Source of the DNA: Mobula hypostoma
Taxonomy: Eukaryota
Assembly (NCBI RefSeq): GCF_963921235.1
Contig: NC_086108.1
Span: forward strand, 42,782,001-42,842,000
Reading direction: 5' to 3'
Length of the DNA stretch: 60,000 bases
Shown here: positions 11,908 through 24,800 of the stretch, piece by piece
Position numbering within the stretch: the stretch's first letter is position 1
Layout: each line of letters starts with the position of its first letter
Translations under genes and position numbers: made by a program
The notes under the pieces: model-generated
Seen by the model: the letters and a program-made list of their open reading frames with translations, nothing else
The model's database searches: none
What the model was told of the DNA's origin: nothing

Positions 11908-14900
11908 GAACGTGAAGCACCCTGTGTTCCACAGAACGTGAATGCCCATTTGGATTGTGCCACAAATGATGCCTCAGTGAACTGGAGTGCCGGTGCCAGG
12001 GTGTTGTCATACACGGTGACAGCACAGACGAGCAGTGGTCTGATCTACTCTCGTAAAGCACAATGGCCTAACTGCACGTTCCAGGATTTACCATGTGGCC
12101 ACAATTATTCAATCACCGTGGCTGCTTTTAATGAGAACTGTAGCAGTATCCAAAGCCTAGCTGTTGCTCTTGAGACAGGTACGGCATTCCAGACTAAAAG
12201 TTTCCTTGTCAAATTTATCACATTGTGCTCTCTTCTTGGACCATTGAGAATTTTCCAGCCAATTTGAACTTAATAGGCTAAGGGATATTTTGCAAACATT
12301 TGAACATAGACCATTGAACATTGACAAGGAGTATCAAAGATTAATTAAGTAACCCATGAACTGAAAGCACATGGAAACATATTAAATAAGACTTTCAGTT
12401 TAATCAAAAATCTCAGTCCATCTCTCAACCATTTTTGATTCTCTGGACCCCGGCAATAAAACAATTGGTATTCTTTTCTGTGATTGAACCTAACTTTTAA
12501 CTCCATTAAAGAAAAAAATCCATAACATTGACCCAGAACTTGTTGTAGGAAGAGTGCTGTATAAAATTGACAGTGTCAGCAGGTGCACAGATAAACCAGA
12601 ATTTAAAGTAGCTCCCAGAGATAGCCTCATGTGCATCTGTGGCTCATTGGTGGAATCAGCAGAAAATGTGCTGCTAAGCTGTGAGCAGGAATAAATATCA
12701 GTATTATCACATTAAAAATCAATGAAAAGCTTAAAATTTGTTGATCATCTGAGTCTTTAATGGCTCCATGGTGTATAGTGATTGAACAACACATTTGGCA
12801 ACATCTTGCACTTACCTGCATTAAACTCCATTTGCCGTTCCTTAGCCCACTTACACAACTGATCTGCATCCCTCTGTAATTCCTGATAAATATCTCACTG
12901 CCTACAACCCCAACAATTTTAGTGCCATCTGCAAACTGACTAACTACTTGTACTTTTTCACCCAAATCATTGATATAGATGATAAGTAATAATGGGCCTA
13001 ACCCAGACCCCTGGTGAACACCATTAGTCATGGGAGTCCAGTTAGAAAAACAACCTTCTGTCCTCTGCTTCCTACTATCAAGCCAATTCTGTATCCAATT
13101 AGCTAGTTAGAAACCATAGAAACCATAGAAACTACAGCACAGAAACGGGCCTTTTGGCCCTTCTTGGCTGTGCCGAACCATTTTCTGCCTAGTCCCACTG
13201 ACCTGCAATAGAAACCATAGAAACAGTTCTTCCTGAACCCCATGAGATCTAACCTACCTAGCATACGGGGCATTATCAATGAGCTCACTGAAGTTCTTAC
13301 GGACCTCGTCTACTGCTCAGCTCTCATTGATGCTGTGGTTACTTCTTCAGAAACTTCAGCTTCATAAGACTTGATCTCCCATGCATGAAGCTGTGCTAAT
13401 TAACCCATGTCTTTCCAAGTGCATGTCCACCTTATCCCTCAGGATCCTGAGATTAGGAACAAATTCACACGAGGAAATCGGTGCTCTCAAGCCCCATAAA
13501 ACTTTGTGGACAGCTTCAGTCTAGATGACCAGGAGCACCATTCCTCCTATGCCTTACTGCAAAATCTGAATCACTGGTGCTGCGTGGTATAATTTGTTTC
13601 TGAATTATTGTTAAGAAGCTGCCATAGATTTACATCTGACATATTTAAAATCAAGAGAGTTATATCTCCAGAGTCTGTGTTTCTTCCCCCTACATTGACA
13701 GCACCTTGCCCACCTGTGATCATTTCTGGCTATCCCGACTGTCATTTTAACAGTCTCTTGGTATTGTGGTCTCGAAGTGAAGAAGCAACATCGTACATTG
13801 CACTAGCAGAGACCAGTGATGGATACACAGCCTTCTGCAACACACAAGACACCAAGTGTGAATTCACACAGCTACGTTGTGGTCACTCCTGCTCAGTAAC
13901 TGTGAAGGCAGCAAACAATGACTGCATTAGTTCACAGTCCTCCGGTCTACAGCTTCACACAGGTGAACTTCTTATTTATGTTAACTGTTTGAACAGGGGA
14001 AGCAGTCAACCTAGAAACTTAATTGTGAGAACATTAATAGAAGATCCTTGGAGTGTTTCTTCAGTGTTAATGGGCAAAGATGAGCTGAAGCCAGTCGGTC
14101 AGTTTTATAGGAATTATAACACGTGGCCACTTTATTAGGTACACCTGTATACCTGCTCATTAATGCAAGTATTTAATCAGCCAATCATGTGGCAGCAATT
14201 CATTGCATAAAACCATGTAGACATGGTCAAAAGGTTCAGTTGTTGTTCATACTAATCATCAGAATTGGGAAGAAATGTGATCGAAGTGAACTTGACTGTG
14301 GAATGATTGTTGGTGCCAGATGGGTGGGTTTGAGTATCTCAGAAACTTCTGATCTCCTGGGAATTTCACACACAACAGTCTCTAGAGTTCACAGAGAAGG
14401 GTGCATAAAACAAAAAAAAAAATCCAGTGGGCAGCAGATCTGTGGGCGAAAATGCCTTGTTAATGAGAGAGGTCAGAGGAGAACGACCAGACTGTTCAAG
14501 ATGACAGGAAGGCAACAGCAACTCAAATAATCACATTACAACAGTGGTGTGCAGAAGAGCATCTCTGAACACACAACACACCAAACCTTGCAGTGGATGG
14601 GCTACAGCAGCAGAAGGCCACAAATATATAGAAGTACACTCAGTAACCACTTTATTAGGTTCCTCCTGTGCCTAGTAAAGTGGCTACTGAATATGTAAAT
14701 ACATTTCCATTCAGTCACAGTATCCAATACGCACAGTATTCAAATGTCTTTGCTAGGGAAATAGGGTAGATCCATCAATTCCTGAAAAAAAGAATTGTCA
14801 TTTATTATTTGAAACATTCACTTCCATTGGATCCCAAACATTAACGCAACAGGAGATAACTGCCAAATGTCTAATATGCTAAATGCAAGCACTGAATGCT

Positions 14901-15796
14901 AGCACTACATGCCAGAGCAAACTACTGGCGCTAAGCAAACACACCAAATATCAACATCATCGATATCTGCCTTCACTGAGGGGTGCCTCCCAGGTATTGA
15001 GGAGTGCTCCACTGTGAATGTGTATTGTCAGGGGACTCTGTGGTGTCGTGGGTGGAGATTGGTAGACAACCTTGTTCTTGCAGGAATTGAGTATACTCAG
15101 AAGGGTATACTGTACTGTCAGAACTGACTTCTTAGTGGGAAATGTAAATTGATTTGGTTCCTGGCTGCCCAAAACCTCAGTGCACTAACAAATCCTTCAG
15201 TCACATGTTAGTCAATTCCTACTCTCAATTGAGTCACACAGTTATGCACGAAACAAAAAACCAGCCCACCACAGGGCGGGAAGAAAGCATATTCTAGTTT
15301 AAGTTTCAGAAGATCTTAATCTACATCTTTACTGTGAGGCTTTGACCAAGAAGAATAAATTAATCGGGTTATCTTGGAAGCAAGGTGGTCTGCATCTTCC
15401 TTTCCAGTGAATTGGGAAATATAGTTCACAAGGATTAATAGCTCAGTTTTCAAACCCTTTTCCAGGCGCACTTTAAATATTGCAGTTCTATATGGGAATA
15501 AGATGACTCTATGCAGGTTTTCCCCCTTGATTTTCCATACTTAAGTCCCTAATGTCAACCATTGCGCAGTCAGGGTGGCTTGAGGACAAATCACCTCAGA
15601 GTATTGTCTCCCAAATCCTAGTAACTGTAGAGGAATGGTGTTGTACTCCAGTAACCTCTCTGCAAAGGCATACAAACAAAACAATCGAGGTAGAAATTTG
15701 CTAGAGGAAAAACACAACTGAATTTGAAATGAGTGAGAGTGGATCTAAGGACTCAATCTGGTTCAGAATGTTGTTGTTTGGTCATATTGTTTGTAT

Positions 15797-15842
<46 letters not shown>

Positions 15843-18800
15843 CTCTTTCTCAGTGCAGTGATCATGGTCCTTTTAAATTGGATTATTCAGGTTTCTTGCT
15901 TTGTGGCTGCCTGTAAGCAAACAAATATTTTCTTTGACAATAAATTTTCTTTGAATCAATTGATAATTATGTTTTTTTTTCTCTCTTTCTCTCATAGTAC
16001 CATGTGTTCCTCAGATTGTGAATGCAGTTGTAGACTGCCAGCTTAGTTCAGTGTCAGTACTCTGGGAGCACAGTTCTGGTGCCATATCATATGTGGCGAT
16101 CGCTGTGGGAAGGGATGGGCACTCAGTATCATGTACCACATCCAATCTCACCTGCACCATCAAAGGCCTAGGATGTGGACAGCACTACAATATCAGTGTA
16201 ATAGCTGTGGATGAAATTTGTAGCAGCGTCCAAAGTTCAAGCTTTGAAATTCAAACAGGTACTCTGTATTTTAGTATCTTTGTTAAAATAAGCAAGTCAA
16301 TACACAAAATGCTGGAGGAATTCAGCAGACCAGGCAGCATCTATGGAAAGAAGTAGAGTCGACATTTCAGGCTGAGACCCAAAACCTCAACTGTACTCCT
16401 TTCCAGAGATGCTCCCTGGTTTTTTTCTCTCTTTCTCTCATAGTACCATGTGTTCCTCAGATTGTGAATGCAGTTGTAGACTGCCAGCTTAACTCAGCGT
16501 CAGTACTCTGGGAGCACAGTTCTGCTGCACAATTTGTCTGCTGAGCTCCCCCAGCATTTTGTGTGTGTGTTTCCTGGATTTGCAGATTTTCTCTTGTTTG
16601 CCAATACATGTAATTGGCATGTTTTGTGTGACGCAATGTAAATGCTTGCAATTTAAATTGCAAATTATGGCACTTATTATCATCCTCTGATTCACAGTAA
16701 TATTAGCACCAAACAAGTAAATCTGAGACAATCTCCAACAAATCTAAAGGGAATTCAAGGGGAGCCTCTTTATGCACCACGTGGCTACAACATGTGGTTG
16801 TAACATGAATCGCACTGGTACGTGTATTATTCGAGACGCATAGCACTTAAAGGAAATCTGGATATACAAATAGAATTAAATGGAATGGGACCAAATTGAA
16901 GATAAGCACAATAAATTGGATTGGGCAATTGATTTGTTTTAAGGCCTTACAAATAATCTAATTACCTTTGAAGCTGACAAGCCCTCAATGTAAAGAGTCA
17001 GAGGACAACTCCAGAATGGAAACTTATACTTGTTCAGAATCAGAGCTTTACTCTAAATTTTGCTTGATTAAAAAAGCAGATGTAAGTATATCTAATTACA
17101 ATTTACTAATTCACTAATCTCTTAACAATGAACTGCTGGGACTGAAAGGGAGAATGTAAACAATATTCTGTAGCAACATGCCAGTGACAATTCCAACACA
17201 TGAAGGTATCTACTGATTAATGTAGATTAGCATCCAAAGATGATTCACATTTCCTTCTCCCATTTTGTATTTCTCTTCCATTTCTCCGTTACAATATTGA
17301 AATTATGAAAGGAGACATGGAAGAAACAATATGTGGAGGGGTGGAGGGGTGAATGGGTGAAGGATGTTACCAGACATAAGGCTTAGGAATAGTGATGGAA
17401 ATGCACTGACCAGCATTAATGATTTTGTACTTCATCTACTTTAAAAATGCAAAGAAATCTGATTGGAAGTATGTTTTTGACATTGTTCAGCTGAACCTTA
17501 ACAATGGTGTACGTGGTGATTGTAACTACATTGGTAACACATGGACGAAATGAAATTAGATAAATATTCACATAATTTTAAATAAATGCATTATCAATGA
17601 CAGTAATAAAATGTCAAATCACTGCCCTGTATTTATCTGCATTTGCCAAGTCATTTCACGGTTTAGTGGCAGAAATTGAGCTCTGCTGTTCACACATGGT
17701 AGAGTGAGAAAAGGAATGAATATCGAGAAGAAAGAACAAACCAATTTGGAAAACAAAAGAGGGAGAAATGCTAAGGTACTACCCTCAGGGTGAAATAGAT
17801 TATGATATTGTATTTTTAGTTACGTGCAGTGCCAAGGTACTGTTTCTTTTCAGTTGCAATGCAAGTTTACGAAACATGCTAATTAATCATATTCATTCAA
17901 GTAAAATCACACACTATTTTGATTTTTTATCTTGATTATTTTGATTTATCTTGAAATTATCTTGATTTTTTTTTTGCAAACATCTTTTTCTCTCTGTTCA
18001 CATTTCAGCACCCTGCAGTCTTCAGAATGTCACAGCTTACATTGACTGCGAGACAAGATATGCAGTAGTATCATGGGACCTCAGCGATGGCGCGCTGATG
18101 TACATGGCAACCGCAGAAGCAACTAATGGTCATGTGGATTATTGTACAACAACAGGCAGTAGTTGTGAGCTAGTGGCTGTGCAATGTGGCTACAAATACA
18201 CAGTCACTGTCCTAGCACTCAATGATATCTGCAACATCTCTGGAAGTTACAGCCAGCAGATGAAGACAGGTAACTGTTTCTAATATTGGCACCAATCTGT
18301 CTATGATAAATATAGAATATAAACCAGCACAGGCCCTTCAGCCCACAATGTTGTGCCAATCCTTTAACCTACTCCTCTATCATCCTAACCCTTCCCTTTT
18401 ACATTCCCCTCCATTTTTCTTTCAAAGAATAGCACCTTTCAAAAACAAATTTTCAGTATTTAATCCAATATGAAAATCTGGCTCAAAATCGGTAACTAAT
18501 TTAGTTTAACCTTCAGGGAAATGTGCTGCCAGCTGCAATATTGACTGTGTGAATAAGTATACCCTTGTACTGATACTCATCCATTCAGACTAGGACTGTT
18601 TTGAATACTAGGAGCATACAGAAGAGGAAGGGGAAGATTAGCTCAGATATTCACTTCTGTAATGTGCTCGGCAACTAGACCAACAGAAAACACACAATGG
18701 TGACTTAGGCATGTTTTAATGAACATTAAAATAATATATTACATATATATTTGGTGGAAAAAGACTAGTTTAGACATAACTCTTCTGACAGTATAATCTG

Positions 18801-21800
18801 CACTTGTAGAGATCTCGGTGCTAATTTCTAAGTTATATTTTCACAAAGGACGATGTCATAAACGTACAAACCTCCTGCATTTGATTATTTGCAAAAATTT
18901 TAAAATACACTTTATATACTTGTCCAGAACAGTTAAATACAGTTTACTGCAAAGGAACATAATGTGGAATTGTTACACCTGTATAACAAAGTGAAGTAGA
19001 AAGAAAAGCAAAAAAATAGCAAAAAAAAAAGGACTATCTTTTGAAGTCCAACACCTTGGAAATAAATTGTGTTATTCCTTTGCCAACACTTGTCCTCAAT
19101 GACATATTTTACAACTATTATTTCAATCAGATGTGATTAATTAACCAGAAGCTGGAATTATACAAGACAAGGTTCAGTAAAATAGGTCATGATATTAATT
19201 AATGTTTTTTGTTTCCCAAGCCCCTTGTGCTCCTGAGTTGGTTGACGTGGCTGTACAGTGTGAAGATAATGTGGCACTGGTGACTTGGGAACAGAGTGAG
19301 GGGGCAGAAATGTACACTGCAACAGCGCGAGCGCATAATGGCCACGCATCGCGATGTAATACAACTGAGGAACATTGTGATCTGCCTGAACTGTGGTGTG
19401 GGCAGACATATGAAGTAACTGTCCAGGCGATGGCTGACAACTGCAGGAGCAACAGTAGTTACACTGTTCAATTTCAAACAGGTGGGGGCAGCTTTCTGAA
19501 AGTGTGGAATGTTCTACATTCACTTATTTATGTCCAAGGTCAGGGGAGTGTTTATGTAGCAGGAATGAAAGGGTACATTTATACTTGAACAGAAGTGAAG
19601 CATAGAAAGGCATTGCTGCTTGACAAATTCAGTGATTTTTTAAAAAATGGAAAAAGACAGCATGGTTATTGAATCACAATCTGTGATGTCTGATAGAGCA
19701 GAGGTAACGATTTGATATTATAAGTCAATTTTCTATGTCTTAGGCCCTGGAGCAGCAAATTCCTCAGTGTTGGTGATGCAGAAAGGATGGAGACGGTAGA
19801 AAATGATGCTCTCTCTGATGTAAAGTTAGGTGACTTCAGACATGTTTAAGTGGCATAGAAAGGGAATGCCTGAGCATATAACAAATTTGATATTAGATGG
19901 GCTGTTACTTTATTAAGGGCCATCCATTACATCAGATTATTGTGCTACATGAATCTCATTGAAAAGGAGCTGAAGAAAATATAGTTTTCCTTTCCAAGAG
20001 TCAGGTCTCACTATCACACACTTTCAGACAATATTTAATATTGTATTGAAGTAATTAAGTATCAAACATGACACAATGGATGCATTAAATAGACCAGTGA
20101 AGGTCGGTCGGTGGCATCCGTTAGTCTCGCAAGACCATGGATCTGCGCCTGGATTCTCCAGGGCGCAGGCCTGGGCAAGGTTGTATGGAAGGCCAGGAAT
20201 TGCCCATGCAGCAAGTGTCCCCTCTCCATGACACTGATGTTGTCCAAGGGAAGAGCAAGGGCCAATGCAGCCTGGCACCAGTGTCATTGTAGGAGTTTCC
20301 AGAACGAGGTTGAAGGCAACGTCGGACTGCCTTAGAGACTCCAGCTCCGGATTTGTCCCCAGGGTTTGCTCTCAAAGCTTTTCCCATGAGTGGGTATGGC
20401 TGCGGCAGCGGAGGTTTGAAATCAGAGTTTTCCCTCTCTTAGATGGACTGCCTTCCCAGGCTGACGAGCTCCATCTACCTGAAGCACTAGTTTTAAGGCG
20501 CCAGGACCCGCCTTCACCCCTTCTCCTGTCAGTAGAAACAGTTCCGCCGGGCTTAGAGGCTAAGCCACACAAGAAGGCCAGGAGTTGGACTTGGTTGTCA
20601 GAGGCTATTTGAGGCGCATGCTGTGAGGAGCACTTTTAGGCAGTGGGAGCTTGTCCCCACTACTACCCCTCGGCTTGACAACAGTAAAGGTAGCAAAACA
20701 ATATTCATGATGGTGAGAGGGTACACTTGTGTCACTTCCATTTGGTGTCATTTTATTGAAAATGATTTCAAGTTATTGCACTGAAGTTTGCAATGTGGAA
20801 GTGCAGGAAACAGCTGGTGCTAAAATTGAAGATTCCACAGTGACTAAAAGTGAACTTAAGTTATTGCATTCAAATTTGCCTCTTTGTGGAACGTGACTGA
20901 AAACTAGTGCAAATTTTTAAGCTCCTGAGGTTTTGGAATTCATTTGCTGCTGTTGATGGGTAAATATTGTAAATTATCTACAAACAGCCTTCTGACACAA
21001 TTGAATTGGATGTTTGTTAGGTAGAATAATTCTGCTTGTTTAGGTAAGGAGGAATTAATCAACTTTGAACTTGGATGACATTGATGAGATTCATCTGTCA
21101 CAGATCAATCAAACAGTTCATAATTTACAACGGTGTTTTTTTTTGCTTTCCCTCATGTCAATAGCACCATGTGTTCCACAGGATGTTGAGGCTAGTGTAG
21201 CCTGTGATAAGAACAGAGCATTGATTCAGTGGGGACACAGCGATGGGGCAACGTCATACATGGCAATGGCAGAAGGAAGCACTGGACACCACATTGCATG
21301 CAATTCAAGCGACATTTTCTGTGAAGTTCAAGAGCTTTATTGTGGCCAAGCGTATCGTTTCCATGTCAAAGCTGCTAATGAGATGTGTGAGAGTGCAATG
21401 AATTCCAGCTCCATTGTTCACACAGGTAACACGTCTGTAAGATGATATCTCAGTATCTACATACCTGTTCAATGTCTCTGCTGTTTTAATTATTATGCAT
21501 AAATATAATATGTGGGTTTCACAGGCCAAGCCTGCATTTCTTGCCAACTAACTCATTCAGAGTGGTTCTGAGGTCTCAAGAGGCCACATCAGATACTCAG
21601 ATAATCAGCTGATTATCTTAAAGTACGTCAGTGCAAAGGTGACTTTTAACAGCAATTCCCCTGCATCCCCATTATTGATGCTGGCTTTTAATACTAAATT
21701 TGCCCATTGTAGCAAGCAGTTATTACCTCTGTGTGAATCTTTTTCCAACGAAAAACAGAAGTAGCAAGAACTTATATAAAGATTTAACATCTTAAATGTA

Positions 21801-24800
21801 TTCCTGTATCAATATTTTAATCGATCAGCCAGGGAATTATTTATGGTGAAGGTGGTGTCTGGATGACACATGGAGAAATTAAACACAAAATTAGACATGA
21901 TCTGGACATTTTTCAGATTAATCATAGTCCAGTTTCCATTCATCAGGATTTGAGCAAGGCTGGTATTTATTGTCATCCTTATTTTTCTCTAGAAGGTGGC
22001 ATCGGGTTTTAGCTACAGCAGTATAAAAGTTTGATGCAGTTGATACAATGGTGCTCCAAGCCATTTTCGGGATAGGAAAGATCGTGGACCAGGCCCTTTG
22101 GCCCACAATGTTGAGATGAACCAACTAAGTTAGCAATCAAATGGCTAACTAAACTAATCTTTTCTGCTACACAATGTCCATATCCCTCCATTTTCTGCAC
22201 ATTCATGTACCTATGTAAACGTGTCTTAGAAGTCCCTAATGTATCTGCCTCTACCACCTCCCCAGGTGACCACTACGCTCTGTGTTTAAACAACCCTGCC
22301 CCTCACATCTCTAAAATTACCACCTCTCACCTTAAATGTATGCCTTCTCGTATTGGATATTTCAATCCTGGGAAAAAGATACCATCTGTCTACTCTGTCT
22401 ATGCCTCTCATAATCCTGTTATCCTTTATTGGATCTCTTCTCAGCCTCTGGCACTCCAGAGGAAACAACTCAAGTTTTTCAAACACCTGCCCTCTTATCC
22501 AGCCAGCTTCCTGTAAACCCCTTAGATTAGATTTAGATTAGATTAGATTATGAGGACACGCAGTCCTCTTTTATTGTCATTTAGTAATGCATGCATTAAG
22601 AAATGATACAATATTCCTCCGGTATGATATCACAGAAACATAGGACAGACCAAGACCGAAAAACCAACAAAAACCACATAATTATGACACACAGTTACAA
22701 CAGTGCAACAATACCATAACTTGATGAAGAACAGGCCATGGCACAGTAAAAAAGTTCAAAGTCTCTCGAATGTCCCACATCTCACGCAGACGGGAGAAGG
22801 AAGAAAACTCTCCCTGCCATTCCCGACCACAGTCCGACTCTGAGTCGTCTGAAGACTTCGAGCCTCCGATCAGCCCTCCGACACTGAGCACCATCTCTAT
22901 CCGAACGCTTTGACCTCGGCCTCAGTCGCCAGCAGCAGGCAAAGCAGGGGATTTTGGGGCCTTCCCTCCGGAAGATTCTCGATCGCACAGTAACAGCGGC
23001 AGCGAACCGGCATTTCAGAAATTTCTCCAGATGTTCCTCTGTGCTTTCACATCTGTGTCCATCAAATCAGAATTGTCCACGGCCCCTATTTAACAGAGAC
23101 AATATCATTTCACCGGAGAGCTGCGCGCTCTGCGTCGTGCTGCCATCTTCTCCTCTTGCTTCTGCATCCTCTCCAAAGCCTTGACGTCCTTCTCGTAATG
23201 GGGCGACCAGAACTGTATGAAATACTCCAGATGCAGCCTAACTAGAGTTTTATAAAGCTGCAATGTGACTTCCTTTCCATGCTTCATTCTTTTACAATAT
23301 CGAATCACAGTGGACTTTGTTATTTTGACACTGATCAACACAAAATGCTTGTGTCAAAGTGAAAACAGATCTCTACAAAGTGATCTAAATTCATTACAAA
23401 TATAAAACACAGAATAATTGATTGCATAAGTATTTACCCCTTCAATATGGCACATCAAATCATCACTGGTGCAGCCAATTGGTTTTAGAAGTCACATCAT
23501 TGCAAATTTTTTGGTATATTTTCTTTTCTTGCTGGCGGTTTGATGTTTATTTTTAGAAGCTTTTTGTATGACGCATGGCTCCGGGATTGTACACCTAATG
23601 GGTTCTTTTTTTTCTCATTTTTTCTGCTTAGTAGGTTTTTTTTGTTATCACAAATTTTATTTCAATCTTTAAGATAATGTCTTTTTTGAGACATTGTAAG
23701 TGTTGTTACTTCAATGTACTTGTGTTATTTCTTTTGTATAATATAACAATAAAAAGATTTGAAAAGAAAGAAGTCACATCATTAGTTAAATGGAGATCTG
23801 TTTTTGGAGACCTGTGTTCAGTCAAGTTGTTTCATAAGAATGCACCTGTATCTGAAGTTCCAACTGCTGGTGAGTCAGTATTCTGGCAAAAACTACACCA
23901 TGAAGACGAAAGAACACTCCAAGCAATTCCATGAAAGGCTTTTGAAAAGTACAAGTCAGGAGATGGATACAAGAAAATTTCCAAGTCACTGAATATCACT
24001 TAGAATACAATTAAGTCAATCGTCTAGAAATGGAAAGAATATGGCACAGCTGTAGGACTGCCTAGAGCAGGTTGTCCTCAAAAACTGAGTGACCGTGCAA
24101 GAAGGGGACTAGTGAGGGAGGAGTTACAAGCTTCAGTGGCTGAGATGGGAGAGACAGCGCATGCAACAACTGTTGCCAGGTTGCTTCAGCACTTGCAGCT
24201 TTATGGAAGAATGGCAAAGAGAAAGCCACTGTAGAAAACAACTCACATGAAATCTCAGCTAGAGTTTGCTAGAAGGCATGTAGAAGATTCTGATGTCATC
24301 TGGAAGATTCTATGGTCTGATGAAACCAAAACTGAGCTTTTCGGCCATTAGATGAAACGCTATGTTTGGTGTAAGACAAACACCACACATAATCAAAAAC
24401 ATACCATCCATACCATGAAGCGTGGAGGTCACTGCATCACGCTGTGGGGATGCTTCACTGCAGCAGGCCCTGGAAGGCTTGTGAAGGTAGAGGATAAAAT
24501 GAATGCAGCAAAATACAGGGAAATCCTGGAGGAAAACCTAATGCAACTGAACTGTGACTTGGGAGATGATTTATTTTCAAGCAAGACAATGATCCCAAGC
24601 GTAAAGCCAAACCTACACAGGAATGGCTTAAAAACAACAAAGTTAATGTCCTGGAGTGGCCAAGTCAGAGTCCATACCTCAATCCAACTGAGAATTTGTG
24701 GCTGGACTTGAATGGGGATGTTCACCCACAATCCCCATGCAATCTGACAGAGCTTGAGCAGTTTTGTAAAGAAGAATGGGGAAAAATTGCAGTGTTCTGA

